A model generated the notes under the pieces. That model worked only from the letters and a program-made list of their open reading frames with translations. It searched no databases and was not told where the DNA came from. Source: Escherichia coli (GTDB taxonomy: Bacteria; Pseudomonadota; Gammaproteobacteria; Enterobacterales; Enterobacteriaceae). Taken from it: a DNA stretch of 64,000 nucleotides. The stretch lies in the NCBI RefSeq assembly GCF_051903065.1, contig NZ_CP178438.1. One strand, 5' to 3'. The first letter of the stretch is position 1. Every line of letters starts with the position of its first letter. The position numbers were made by a program, and so were the translations under genes. Below, one piece after another: positions 45,921-57,526 of this stretch.

Positions 45921-46829
45921 ATGGCTGCCATTAATACGAAAGTCAAAAAAGCCGTTATCCCCGTTGCGGGATTAGGAACCAGGATGTTGCCGGCGACGAA
46001 AGCCATCCCGAAAGAGATGCTGCCACTTGTCGATAAGCCATTAATTCAATACGTCGTGAATGAATGTATTGCGGCTGGCATTACTGAAATTGTGCTGGTT
46101 ACACACTCATCTAAAAACTCTATTGAAAACCACTTTGATACCAGTTTTGAACTGGAAGCAATGCTGGAAAAACGTGTAAAACGTCAACTGCTTGATGAAG
46201 TGCAGTCTATTTGTCCGCCGCACGTAACTATTATGCAAGTTCGTCAGGGGCTGGCGAAAGGCCTGGGACATGCGGTATTGTGTGCTCACCCGGTAGTGGG
46301 TGATGAACCTGTGGCTGTTATTTTGCCTGACGTTATTCTGGATGAATATGAATCCGATTTGTCACAGGATAACCTGGCAGAGATGATCCGCCGCTTCGAT
46401 GAAACGGGTCATAGCCAGATCATGGTTGAACCGGTTGCTGATGTGACCGCATATGGCGTTGTGGATTGCAAAGGCGTTGAATTAGCGCCGGGTGAAAGCG
46501 TACCGATGGTTGGCGTGGTTGAAAAACCAAAAGCGGATGTTGCGCCGTCTAATCTCGCTATTGTGGGTCGTTACGTACTTAGTGCGGATATTTGGCCGTT
46601 GCTGGCAAAAACCCCTCCGGGAGCTGGTGATGAAATTCAGCTCACCGACGCAATTGATATGCTGATCGAAAAAGAAACGGTGGAAGCCTATCATATGAAA
46701 GGGAAGAGCCATGACTGCGGTAATAAATTAGGTTACATGCAGGCCTTCGTTGAATACGGTATTCGTCATAACACCCTTGGCACGGAATTTAAAGCCTGGC
46801 TTGAAGAAGAGATGGGCATTAAGAAGTAA
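45921..46829 (+). CDS. galU: UTP-glucose-1-phosphate uridylyltransferase
   Basis: 302-aa ORF; [26 protein letters not shown] nucleotidyltransferase motif. Confidence 0.96.
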
Positions 46830-46853
46830 CATCCGTATCGGTGTTATCCACGA

Positions 46854-46884
46854 AACGGCGTTGAGCAATCGACGCCGTTTTTTT
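46854..46884 (+). terminator. galU intrinsic terminator
   Basis: ACGGCG..CGCCGT hairpin followed by T7. Confidence 0.6.
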
Positions 46885-46920
46885 ATAGCTTATTCTTATT
46901 AAATTGTCTTAAACCGGACA

Positions 46921-46950
46921 ATAAAAAATCCCGCCGATGGCGGGATTTTA
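46921..46950 (-). terminator. hns intrinsic terminator
   Basis: ATCCCGCCGATGGCGGGAT hairpin flanked by an A-run and T-run. Confidence 0.65.
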
Positions 46951-46972
46951 AGCAAGTGCAATCTACAAAAGA

Positions 46973-47386
46973 TTATTGCTTGATAAGGAAATCGTCGAGG
47001 GATTTACCTTGCTCATCCATTGCTTTTTTGATTACAGCTGGAGTACGGCCCTGGCCAGTCCAGGTTTTAGTTTCGCCGTTTTCGTCAACGTAGCTATATT
47101 TTGCCGGACGCTGAGCACGTTTAGCTTTGGTGCCAGATTTAACGGCGGCAAGGCTATTCAGCAGTTCGTTCGGGTCAATACCGTCAGCGATCAGCATTTC
47201 GCGATATTGCTGCAGTTTACGAGTGCGCTCTTCAACTTCAGCAGCAGCCGCGCTTTCTTCTTCGCGACGTTCGTTAACAACAACTTCTAATTTTTCCAGC
47301 ATTTCTTCCAGCGTTTCAAGTGTACATTCTCTTGCCTGCGCACGAAGAGTACGGATGTTGTTCAGAATTTTAAGTGCTTCGCTCAT
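46973..47386 (-). CDS. hns: nucleoid-associated protein H-NS
   Basis: 137-aa [44 protein letters not shown]. Confidence 0.98.
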
Positions 47387-47989
47387 TGTAGTAATCTCAA
47401 ACTTATATTGGGGTGGTTTGTTGAGGTAATAATAGAGCCTTAAATTCAGTTGTGCAATAGCCAGGAATGTAAGGAATTCAAAATTGTTCTTTATTTTGTG
47501 CCGCCAATAAATATCTTTTCATAAAATTAGCCAGAAAAGACGCGGCATATAGCCCTATTTGTACCGATGATTTCGCAGCACGTGAGGTTAAAACTTCCTG
47601 ATTCATGTCACATTTTATGGGGAGATTATCGTAGGCTGACGACCTTTCAGTCTTCTGTATTAGTCGTGTTTACGAGAATTCCCTATTAAGCGAATGATGA
47701 AAAGTAGAACAGTCGCAATAAGAGCAGGGACTTAGTATTGCACTATCTCCTGGAGGTCAACAGAGGGCTATTACTTGCGCAACAGGTTAAAGATTGTGAA
47801 TAGTTACCAGCAGTCATTTACCCGCTTATAACAAGCGAGGCAGTTGTAATGATAGCTCAGAAGGATTATGCAAGGCTTCGTAAGGGAGAACGCATATACC
47901 ACTTCTGTGCATACTGTTGAGCTGAAAAACTGACGAATTATGATAAACTCCAGCCAACTTTATTTCATATCATTGAGGGCCTGTGGCTG

Positions 47990-48607
47990 ATGGCACAGCT
48001 ATATTTCTACTATTCCGCAATGAATGCGGGTAAGTCTACAGCATTGTTGCAATCTTCATACAATTACCAGGAACGCGGCATGCGCACTGTCGTATATACG
48101 GCAGAAATTGATGATCGCTTTGGTGCCGGGAAAGTCAGCTCGCGTATAGGTTTGTCATCGCCTGCAAAATTATTTAACCAAAATTCATCATTATTTGCCG
48201 AGATTCGTGCGGAACATGAACAGCAGGCAATTCATTGTGTACTGGTTGATGAATGCCAGTTTTTAACCAGACAACAAGTATATGAATTATCGGAGGTTGT
48301 AGATCAACTCGATATACCCGTACTTTGTTATGGTTTACGTACCGATTTTCGAGGTGAATTATTTATTGGTAGCCAATACTTACTGGCATGGTCCGACAAA
48401 CTGGTTGAATTAAAAACCATCTGTTTTTGTGGCCGTAAAGCAAGCATGGTGCTGCGTCTTGATCAAGCAGGCAGACCTTATAACGAAGGTGAGCAGGTGG
48501 TTATTGGTGGTAATGAACGCTACGTTTCTGTATGCCGTAAACACTATAAAGAGGCGTTAGAAGTCGGCTCATTAACGGCTATTCAGGAAAGGCATCGCCA
48601 CGATTAA
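47990..48607 (+). CDS. tdk: thymidine kinase
   Basis: 205-aa [33 protein letters not shown] (P-loop). Confidence 0.96.
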   Translation: MAQLYFYYSAMNAGKSTALLQSSYNYQERGMRTVVYTAEIDDRFGAGKVSSRIGLSSPAKLFNQNSSLFAEIRAEHEQQAIHCVLVDECQFLTRQQVYELSEVVDQLDIPVLCYGLRTDFRGELFIGSQYLLAWSDKLVELKTICFCGRKASMVLRLDQAGRPYNEGEQVVIGGNERYVSVCRKHYKEALEVGSLTAIQERHRHD

Positions 48608-48870
48608 TAAGAATTTCTTTACTGACAGGGTGAGCAGGGCGTTTTTATCCTGTCAGTCCGTTTTACGCACTTCCTCTGGGTTATACACCCTTCGCGGTAG
48701 TTTTTAACGCCGCTATACGCCTCACAGAGCGTTTAAGCACCGATATGACCTGTAAAGTACACTATCGCTGTGTGTAGGCGTTATACATCGCTGCAATTAT
48801 GATGAAGGCTAATGCTGTCGGTTTATGGAATAGTTGCTTTGGGTAAACAAAAAAACGGCCCCAGAAGGGG

Positions 48871-50296
48871 TAATGCCGATCAGTTAAGGATCAGTTGACC
48901 GATCCAGTGGCTGTGTAAGAATCCGGAAACGCTCACTCGTTTCCGGATTTTTTTATGCACATTGGACAGGCTCTTGATCTGGTATCCCGTTACGATTCTC
49001 TGCGTAACCCACTGACTTCTCTGGGGGATTACCTCGACCCCGAACTCATCTCTCGTTGCCTTGCCGAATCAGGTACTGTAACGCTACGCAAGCGCCGTCT
49101 TCCCCTCGAAATGATGGTCTGGTGTATTGTTGGCATGGCGCTTGAGCGTAAAGAACCTCTTCACCAGATTGTGAATCGCCTGGACATCATGCTGCCGGGC
49201 AATCGCCCCTTCGTTGCCCCCAGTGCTGTTATTCAGGCCCGCCAGCGCCTGGGAAGTGAGGCTGTCCGCCGCGTGTTCACGAAAACAGCGCAGCTCTGGC
49301 ATAACGCCACGCCGCATCCGCACTGGTGCGGCCTGACCCTGCTGGCCATCGATGGTGTGTTCTGGCGCACACCGGATACACCAGAGAACGATGCAGCCTT
49401 CCCTCGCCAGACACATGCCGGGACCCCGGCGCTCTACCCGCAGGTCAAAATGGTCTGCCAGATGGAACTGACCAGCCATCTGCTGACGGCTGCAGCCTTC
49501 GGCACGATGAAGAACAGCGAAAATGAGCTTGCTGAGCAACTTATAGAACAAACCGGCGATAACACTCTGACGTTAATGGATAAAGGTTATTACTCACTGG
49601 GATTGTTAAATGCCTGGAGCCTGGCGGGAGAACACCGCCACTGGATGATCCCTCTCAGAAAGGGAGCTCAATATGAAGAGATCAGAAAACTGGGTAAAGG
49701 CGATCATCTGGTGAAGCTGAAAACCAGCCCGCAGGCACGAAAAAAGTGGCCGGGACTGGGAAATGAGGTGACAGCCCGCCTGCTGACCGTGACGCGCAAA
49801 GGAAAAGTCTGCCATCTGCTGACGTCGATGACGGACGCCATGCGCTTCCCCGGAGGAGAAATGGCGGATCTGTACAGTCATCGCTGGGAAATCGAACTGG
49901 GATACAGGGAGATAAAACAGACGATGCAACTGAGCAGGCTGACGCTGAGAAGTAAAAAGCCTGAGCTTGTGGAGCAAGAGCTGTGGGGTGTCTTACTGGC
50001 TTATAATCTGGTGAGATATCAGATGATTAAAATGGCGGAACATCTGAAAGGTTACTGGCCAAATCAACTGAGCTTCTCAGAATCATGCGGAATGGTGATG
50101 AGAATGCTGATGACATTGCAGGGCGCTTCACCGGGACGTATACCGGAGCTGATGCGCGATCTTGCAAGTATGGGACAACTTGTGAAATTACCGACAAGAA
50201 GGGAAAGGGCCTTCCCGAGAGTGGTAAAGGAGAGGCCCTGGAAATACCCCACAGCCCCGAAAAAGAGCCAGTCAGTTGCTTAACTGACTGGCATTA
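48871..50296 (+). mobile_element. IS4 insertion sequence (1426 bp), intact
   Basis: 18-bp imperfect terminal inverted repeats TAATGCCGATCAGTTAAG (48871-48888) and CTTAACTGACTGGCATTA (50279-50296); flanked by 12-bp direct repeat CCCCAGAAGGGG (48859-48870 and 50297-50308); contains a 442-aa transposase ORF. Confidence 0.92.
48955..50283 (+). CDS. insG: IS4 transposase (DDE family)
   Basis: 442-aa [43 protein letters not shown]..., recognised as the IS4 transposase. Confidence 0.9.
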   Translation: MHIGQALDLVSRYDSLRNPLTSLGDYLDPELISRCLAESGTVTLRKRRLPLEMMVWCIVGMALERKEPLHQIVNRLDIMLPGNRPFVAPSAVIQARQRLGSEAVRRVFTKTAQLWHNATPHPHWCGLTLLAIDGVFWRTPDTPENDAAFPRQTHAGTPALYPQVKMVCQMELTSHLLTAAAFGTMKNSENELAEQLIEQTGDNTLTLMDKGYYSLGLLNAWSLAGEHRHWMIPLRKGAQYEEIRKLGKGDHLVKLKTSPQARKKWPGLGNEVTARLLTVTRKGKVCHLLTSMTDAMRFPGGEMADLYSHRWEIELGYREIKQTMQLSRLTLRSKKPELVEQELWGVLLAYNLVRYQMIKMAEHLKGYWPNQLSFSESCGMVMRMLMTLQGASPGRIPELMRDLASMGQLVKLPTRRERAFPRVVKERPWKYPTAPKKSQSVA

Positions 50297-50337
50297 CCCC
50301 AGAAGGGGCCGTTTATGTTGCCAGACAGCGCTACTGA

Positions 50338-53013
50338 TTAAGCGGATTTTTTCGCTTTTTTCTCAGCTTTAGCCGGAGCGGCTTCTTTTTTCGCTGCAGT
50401 TTCACCTTCTACATAATCACGACCGTAGTAGGTATCCAGCAGAATCTGTTTCAGCTCGGAGATCAGCGGGTAACGCGGGTTAGCGCCAGTGCACTGGTCA
50501 TCGAATGCATCTTCAGACAGTTTATCCACGTTCGCCAGGAAGTCTGCTTCCTGAACGCCAGCTTCACGGATAGATTTCGGAATACCCAGTTCAGCCTTCA
50601 GCGTTTCCAGCCATGCCAGCAGTTTCTCGATCTTAGCAGCAGTACGGTCGCCCGGTGCGCTCAGACCCAGGTGGTCGGCAATTTCAGCATAACGACGGCG
50701 AGCCTGCGGACGGTCATACTGGCTGAATGCAGTCTGCTTGGTCGGGTTGTCGTTCGCATTGTAGCGAATAACGTTACAAATCAGCAGGGCGTTTGCCAGA
50801 CCGTGCGGAATATGGAACTGGGAACCCAGTTTGTGCGCCATTGAGTGACATACACCCAGGAAGGCGTTCGCAAACGCGATACCCGCGATAGTCGCTGCAC
50901 TGTGAACACGTTCACGCGCTACCGGATTTTTAGACCCTTCGTGGTAGGACGCTGGCAGATATTCTTTCAGCAGTTTCAGTGCCTGCAGAGCCTGACCATC
51001 AGAGAACTCAGATGCCAGTACAGAAACATAAGCTTCCATGGCGTGAGTTACTGCGTCCAGACCACCGAAAGCACACAGGGACTTCGGCATGTCCATAACC
51101 AGGTTGGCGTCGACAATCGCCATATCCGGGGTCAGCGCATAGTCCGCCAGCGGGTATTTCTGACCAGTAGCGTCGTCAGTTACAACCGCAAACGGAGTGA
51201 CTTCAGAACCTGTACCAGAAGTGGTGGTGACAGCAATCATTTTCGCTTTCACGCCCATTTTCGGGAACTTGTAGATACGTTTACGGATATCCATAAAGCG
51301 CAGCGCCAGCTCTTCGAAGTGAGTTTCCGGATGTTCGTACATAACCCACATGATCTTCGCGGCGTCCATCGGGGAACCACCACCCAGCGCGATAATCACG
51401 TCTGGTTTGAAGGAGTTTGCCAGTTCTGCACCTTTACGAACGATGCTCAGGGTCGGGTCCGCTTCTACTTCGAAGAAGACTTCAGTTTCAACGCCTGCTG
51501 CTTTCAGTACGGAAGTGATCTGATCAGCATAACCATTGTTGAACAGGAAGCGGTCAGTCACGATGAGCGCACGTTTGTGGCCATCAGTAATCACTTCATC
51601 CAGCGCGATTGGCAGGGAGCCACGGCGGAAGTAGATAGATTTCGGAAGTTTGTGCCACAACATGTTTTCAGCTCGCTTAGCAACGGTTTTCTTGTTGATC
51701 AGGTGTTTCGGACCAACGTTTTCAGAGATGGAGTTACCACCCCAGGAACCACAACCCAGAGTCAGGGAAGGTGCGAGTTTGAAGTTATACAGGTCACCGA
51801 TACCACCCTGAGAAGCCGGGGTGTTAATCAGGATACGAGCCGTTTTCATTTTCTGACCGAAGTAAGAAACGCGAGCCGGTTGGTTATCCTGGTCAGTGTA
51901 CAGGCAAGAGGTATGACCGATACCACCCATAGCAACCAGTTTCTCTGCTTTTTCTACCGCGTCTTCGAAATCTTTAGCGCGGTACATTGCCAGAGTCGGG
52001 GACAGTTTTTCATGTGCGAACGGTTCGCTTTCATCAACAACGGTCACTTCACCGATCAGAATCTTGGTGTTTTCTGGTACAGAGAAGCCTGCCAGTTCAG
52101 CAATTTTATAGGCTGGCTGACCTACGATAGCCGCGTTCAGCGCACCGTTTTTCAGGATAACGTCCTGAACAGCTTTCAGCTCTTTACCCTGCAATAGATA
52201 GCCGCCGTGGGTTGCGAAACGTTCACGTACTGCGTCATAAACAGAGTCAACAACAACAACAGACTGTTCAGAAGCACAGATTACGCCGTTGTCGAAGGTT
52301 TTGGACATCAGTACAGATGCAACTGCACGTTTGATATCAGCAGTTTCATCAATAACAACTGGAGTGTTACCCGCGCCTACACCGATAGCTGGTTTACCGG
52401 AGCTGTATGCGGCTTTAACCATGCCCGGACCACCAGTCGCGAGGATCAGGTTGATGTCTGGGTGGTGCATCAGTGCGTTAGACAGTTCAACAGAAGGTTG
52501 ATCGATCCAGCCGATCAGATCTTTCGGAGCACCTGCAGCGATAGCAGCCTGCAGAACGATATCAGCCGCTTTGTTGGTGGCATCTTTTGCACGCGGGTGC
52601 GGGGAGAAGATAATGGCGTTACGGGTCTTCAGACTGATCAGCGATTTGAAGATAGCAGTTGAAGTCGGGTTAGTAGTCGGAACGATACCGCAAATAATAC
52701 CGATTGGTTCAGCGATAGTGATGGTACCAAAAGTGTCGTCTTCAGACAGAACACCACAGGTTTTTTCATCTTTATAGGCGTTGTAGATATATTCAGAAGC
52801 AAAGTGGTTTTTGATCACTTTATCTTCGACGATACCCATGCCGGATTCGGCAACGGCCATTTTCGCGAGTGGGATTCGAGCATCTGCAGCAGCCAGAGCG
52901 GCGGCGCGGAAGATTTTGTCTACTTGCTCTTGAGTGAAACTGGCATATTCACGCTGGGCTTTTTTTACACGCTCTACGAGTGCGTTAAGTTCAGCGACAT
53001 TAGTAACAGCCAT
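50338..53013 (-). CDS. adhE: bifunctional acetaldehyde-CoA/alcohol dehydrogenase
   Basis: 891-aa [38 protein letters not shown]. Confidence 0.98.
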
Positions 53014-53489
53014 AATGCTCTCCTGATAATGTTAAACTTTTTTAGTAAATCATCTGCTCGAATACGAGAGTATAGTCAGTGCGGTGATGATTTGCTTAAC
53101 CGATGAAAATCAAAAGCTTACTCGCGCTCACACTCACTGTGATTTACTAAAAGAGTTTAAACATTAGAGTTATTATCTCTAATGCGTCACTTCCAGGTGG
53201 CGTAAGCAAGATTACTCACTTCTGGGTACTGATTACGTGATCCAAATCAAATTTTTGCAAAGCTGACACCTTTCAGCATCGCTTTTCGCCATTATAGCTA
53301 ACAGTTAATAAATTGTAGTATGATTTGGTGGCTACATTAGCATGTTTTGCACAACTAGATAACAATAACGAATGATAGCAATTTTAAGTAGTTAGGAGGT
53401 GAAAAATGCTGTCAAAAGGCGTATTGTCAGCGCGTCTTTTCAACCTTATTTATGGCTAACATTATCCGGCTTTTGCTTCGGAGCTAACC

Positions 53490-54137
53490 GTGATTCAGAC
53501 CCTTTTTGATTTTCCCGTTTACTTCAAATTTTTCATCGGGTTATTTGCGCTGGTCAACCCGGTAGGGATTATTCCCGTCTTTATCAGCATGACCAGTTAT
53601 CAGACAGCGGCAGCGCGAAACAAAACTAACCTTACAGCCAACCTGTCTGTGGCCATTATCTTGTGGATCTCGCTTTTTCTCGGCGACACGATTCTACAAC
53701 TTTTTGGTATATCAATTGATTCGTTCCGTATCGCCGGGGGTATCCTGGTGGTGACAATAGCGATGTCGATGATCAGCGGCAAGCTTGGCGAGGATAAACA
53801 GAACAAGCAAGAAAAATCAGAAACCGCGGTACGTGAAAGCATTGGTGTGGTGCCACTGGCGTTGCCGTTGATGGCGGGGCCAGGGGCGATCAGTTCTACC
53901 ATCGTCTGGGGTACGCGTTATCACAGCATTAGCTATCTGTTTGGTTTCTTTGTGGCTATTGCATTGTTCGCTTTATGTTGCTGGGGATTGTTCCGCATGG
54001 CACCGTGGCTGGTACGGGTTTTACGCCAGACCGGCATCAACGTGATTACGCGTATTATGGGGCTATTGCTGATGGCATTGGGGATTGAATTTATCGTTAC
54101 TGGTATTAAGGGGATTTTCCCCGGCCTGCTTAATTAA
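53490..54137 (+). CDS. ychE: MarC-family (UPF0056) inner-membrane protein YchE; GTG start
   Basis: 215-aa hydrophobic ORF (M)IQTLFDFPVYFKFFIGLFALVNPVGIIPVFISM. Confidence 0.9.
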   Translation: MIQTLFDFPVYFKFFIGLFALVNPVGIIPVFISMTSYQTAAARNKTNLTANLSVAIILWISLFLGDTILQLFGISIDSFRIAGGILVVTIAMSMISGKLGEDKQNKQEKSETAVRESIGVVPLALPLMAGPGAISSTIVWGTRYHSISYLFGFFVAIALFALCCWGLFRMAPWLVRVLRQTGINVITRIMGLLLMALGIEFIVTGIKGIFPGLLN

Positions 54138-54147
54138 TTCCTTTCAA

Positions 54148-54175
54148 ATGAAACGGAGCTGCCATGCTCCGTTTA
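54148..54175 (+). terminator. ychE terminator-like hairpin
   Basis: AAACGGAGC-TGCCAT-GCTCCGTTT perfect stem, followed by ACTTCG (weak U-tract). Confidence 0.45.
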
Positions 54176-54874
54176 CTTCGTCATTATTTTTACTTTGTTC
54201 CCGCGCAGTTATCAAAAGCAAAAGGAATAGGTAAAAATATTCTTCTCAAATTACAGTTAGTTATAAGGATTTCCTTAACTGCTTCTCCTCACCATCATGT
54301 TATTTTCGCCACATCATAATCCTGGGCTTGCTGAAGAATAATTGAAATGATATTAGTAATTCCACTGCCTTTGGTAGAGGAAAGTGCTAAATAATAATCA
54401 ATTGTTAAATTATTGTGCATTTCACTGCTGGAACTGTAATCAGAAAAGATAGACATGCTTAACCAATCTCTATTTGATTGAATTTAAAGATGTTTGTTAA
54501 GACATGGAAGCAAGCTATAGATTCTGATACGGTCAATAAAAGAGAATTGCTTAACAATTTTGCAAAATGTATTGGCGAGTAAGAAGCGCATTTGGTACTT
54601 TCCGGGCAACCGCCAGGCGATTCTTTATTGGTAATGAGAATAATTAACAATTAAAGAGCGTCGCGAAAGAATAATGTGTCTCGACAGGGGAGACACAGTA
54701 CGAATCGACATAAGGTGATCGTCTGAATCACCAGAATAAATAAAGTCGGTGATAGCAATCCGTAACGATAAAGTAACCTGACAGCAGAAAGTCTCCGAGC
54801 CTGTGCAGGGTCCCATTCCGGGATTACACATGCTGGTTAATACCAGTAATTATAATGAGGGAGTCCAAAAAACA

Positions 54875-56506
54875 ATGACCAACATCACCAAGAGAAGTTT
54901 AGTAGCAGCTGGCGTTCTGGCTGCGCTAATGGCAGGGAATGTAGCGCTGGCAGCTGATGTACCCGCAGGCGTCACACTGGCGGAAAAACAAACGCTGGTA
55001 CGTAACAATGGTTCAGAAGTTCAGTCATTAGATCCGCACAAAATTGAAGGTGTTCCGGAGTCTAATATCAGCCGAGACCTGTTTGAAGGCTTACTGGTCA
55101 GCGATCTTGACGGCCATCCGGCACCTGGCGTCGCTGAATCCTGGGATAATAAAGACGCGAAAGTCTGGACCTTCCATTTGCGTAAAGATGCGAAATGGTC
55201 TGATGGCACGCCAGTCACAGCACAAGACTTTGTGTATAGCTGGCAACGTTCTGTTGATCCGAACACCGCTTCTCCGTATGCCAGTTATCTGCAATATGGG
55301 CATATCGCCGGTATTGATGAAATTCTTGAAGGGAAAAAACCGATTACCGATCTCGGCGTGAAAGCTATTGATGATCACACATTAGAAGTCACCTTAAGTG
55401 AACCCGTTCCGTACTTCTATAAATTACTTGTTCACCCATCAACTTCACCGGTGCCAAAAGCCGCTATCGAGAAATTCGGCGAAAAATGGACCCAGCCTGG
55501 TAATATCGTCACCAACGGTGCCTATACCTTAAAAGATTGGGTCGTAAACGAACGAATCGTTCTTGAACGCAGCCCGACCTACTGGAACAACGCGAAAACC
55601 GTTATTAACCAGGTAACCTATTTGCCTATTGCTTCTGAAGTTACCGATGTCAACCGCTACCGTAGTGGTGAAATCGACATGACGTATAACAACATGCCGA
55701 TCGAATTGTTCCAGAAGCTGAAAAAAGAGATCCCGGACGAAGTTCACGTTGATCCATACCTGTGCACTTACTATTACGAAATTAACAACCAGAAACCGCC
55801 ATTCAACGATGTGCGTGTGCGTACCGCACTGAAACTAGGTATGGACCGCGATATCATTGTTAATAAAGTGAAAGCGCAGGGCGACATGCCCGCCTATGGT
55901 TACACTCCACCGTATACTGATGGCGCAAAATTGACTCAGCCAGAATGGTTTGGCTGGAGCCAGGAAAAACGTAACGAAGAAGCGAAAAAACTGCTGGCTG
56001 AAGCGGGTTATACCGCAGACAAACCGTTGACCATCAACCTGCTGTATAACACCTCCGATCTGCATAAAAAGCTGGCGATTGCTGCCTCTTCATTGTGGAA
56101 GAAAAACATTGGTGTAAACGTCAAACTGGTTAACCAGGAGTGGAAAACGTTCCTCGACACCCGTCACCAGGGTACTTTTGATGTGGCCCGTGCAGGCTGG
56201 TGTGCTGACTACAACGAACCAACTTCCTTCCTGAACACCATGCTTTCGAACAGCTCGATGAATACCGCGCATTATAAGAGCCCGGCCTTTGACAGCATTA
56301 TGGCGGAAACGCTGAAAGTGACTGACGAGGCGCAGCGCACAGCTCTGTACACTAAAGCAGAACAACAGCTGGATAAGGATTCGGCCATTGTTCCTGTTTA
56401 TTACTACGTGAATGCGCGTCTGGTGAAACCGTGGGTTGGTGGCTATACCGGCAAAGATCCGCTGGATAATACCTACACCCGAAATATGTACATTGTGAAG
56501 CACTAA
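54875..56506 (+). CDS. oppA: periplasmic oligopeptide-binding protein OppA
   Basis: ORF 54803..56506; start set to MTNITKRSLVAAGVLAALMAGNVALA (signal peptide; 543 aa). Confidence 0.96.
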   Translation: MTNITKRSLVAAGVLAALMAGNVALAADVPAGVTLAEKQTLVRNNGSEVQSLDPHKIEGVPESNISRDLFEGLLVSDLDGHPAPGVAESWDNKDAKVWTFHLRKDAKWSDGTPVTAQDFVYSWQRSVDPNTASPYASYLQYGHIAGIDEILEGKKPITDLGVKAIDDHTLEVTLSEPVPYFYKLLVHPSTSPVPKAAIEKFGEKWTQPGNIVTNGAYTLKDWVVNERIVLERSPTYWNNAKTVINQVTYLPIASEVTDVNRYRSGEIDMTYNNMPIELFQKLKKEIPDEVHVDPYLCTYYYEINNQKPPFNDVRVRTALKLGMDRDIIVNKVKAQGDMPAYGYTPPYTDGAKLTQPEWFGWSQEKRNEEAKKLLAEAGYTADKPLTINLLYNTSDLHKKLAIAASSLWKKNIGVNVKLVNQEWKTFLDTRHQGTFDVARAGWCADYNEPTSFLNTMLSNSSMNTAHYKSPAFDSIMAETLKVTDEAQRTALYTKAEQQLDKDSAIVPVYYYVNARLVKPWVGGYTGKDPLDNTYTRNMYIVKH

Positions 56507-56516
56507 TGGCAATACG

Positions 56517-56556
56517 TGGGGCAGGAGTGTCCTGCTCCACGGTGTCTGATTTTTAT
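56517..56556 (+). terminator. oppA-oppB intergenic stem-loop (partial terminator/attenuator)
   Basis: GGGGCAGGAGTGTCCTGCTCC hairpin, then a T-run at about 56550; fits the usual excess of oppA over oppBCDF. Confidence 0.45.
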
Positions 56557-56591
56557 CGCATTACAGAAGGCACAGGCCAGAAGGTAGGGCA

Positions 56592-57512
56592 ATGTTAAAA
56601 TTTATTCTACGTCGCTGTCTGGAAGCGATTCCGACGCTATTTATTCTTATTACTATTTCGTTCTTTATGATGCGCCTCGCGCCGGGAAGCCCTTTTACCG
56701 GCGAACGTACTTTACCGCCGGAAGTAATGGCCAATATCGAAGCGAAATATCATCTTAATGATCCGATCATGACACAGTATTTCAGCTACCTGAAACAACT
56801 GGCGCATGGCGATTTCGGTCCATCGTTTAAATATAAAGATTATTCGGTCAATGACCTGGTTGCATCCAGTTTTCCCGTTTCTGCCAAACTGGGAGCCGCA
56901 GCATTTTTCCTTGCGGTAATACTGGGTGTTAGTGCTGGCGTTATTGCCGCATTAAAACAAAACACCAAATGGGACTATACCGTGATGGGGCTGGCAATGA
57001 CCGGGGTTGTTATCCCCAGTTTTGTGGTTGCGCCATTATTAGTCATGATATTTGCGATCATTTTGCATTGGCTGCCGGGCGGTGGCTGGAATGGTGGGGC
57101 GCTTAAATTCATGATATTGCCGATGGTGGCGTTGTCACTCGCCTATATCGCCAGTATTGCGCGTATTACCCGTGGCTCTATGATTGAAGTATTACACTCC
57201 AACTTTATTCGTACTGCCCGGGCGAAAGGGTTACCTATGCGGCGGATCATTTTACGCCACGCATTAAAACCTGCTCTGTTACCCGTGCTCTCTTATATGG
57301 GCCCCGCATTTGTCGGCATTATTACCGGTTCTATGGTTATCGAAACCATTTATGGTTTGCCGGGGATTGGACAACTGTTCGTTAATGGCGCATTGAACCG
57401 TGACTATTCCTTAGTGTTAAGCCTGACCATCCTGGTTGGTGCTTTAACCATTTTGTTTAATGCCATTGTCGATGTGCTATATGCGGTTATCGACCCGAAA
57501 ATCCGTTACTGA
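56592..57512 (+). CDS. oppB: oligopeptide ABC transporter permease OppB
   Basis: 306-aa polytopic ORF. Confidence 0.96.
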   Translation: MLKFILRRCLEAIPTLFILITISFFMMRLAPGSPFTGERTLPPEVMANIEAKYHLNDPIMTQYFSYLKQLAHGDFGPSFKYKDYSVNDLVASSFPVSAKLGAAAFFLAVILGVSAGVIAALKQNTKWDYTVMGLAMTGVVIPSFVVAPLLVMIFAIILHWLPGGGWNGGALKFMILPMVALSLAYIASIARITRGSMIEVLHSNFIRTARAKGLPMRRIILRHALKPALLPVLSYMGPAFVGIITGSMVIETIYGLPGIGQLFVNGALNRDYSLVLSLTILVGALTILFNAIVDVLYAVIDPKIRY

Positions 57513-57526
57513 TACTGGAGCTCGCG

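Noticed and set aside
50845-52197. 450-aa plus-strand ORF inside adhE
   Set aside because: Antisense shadow frame of adhE with low-complexity composition and no start context.
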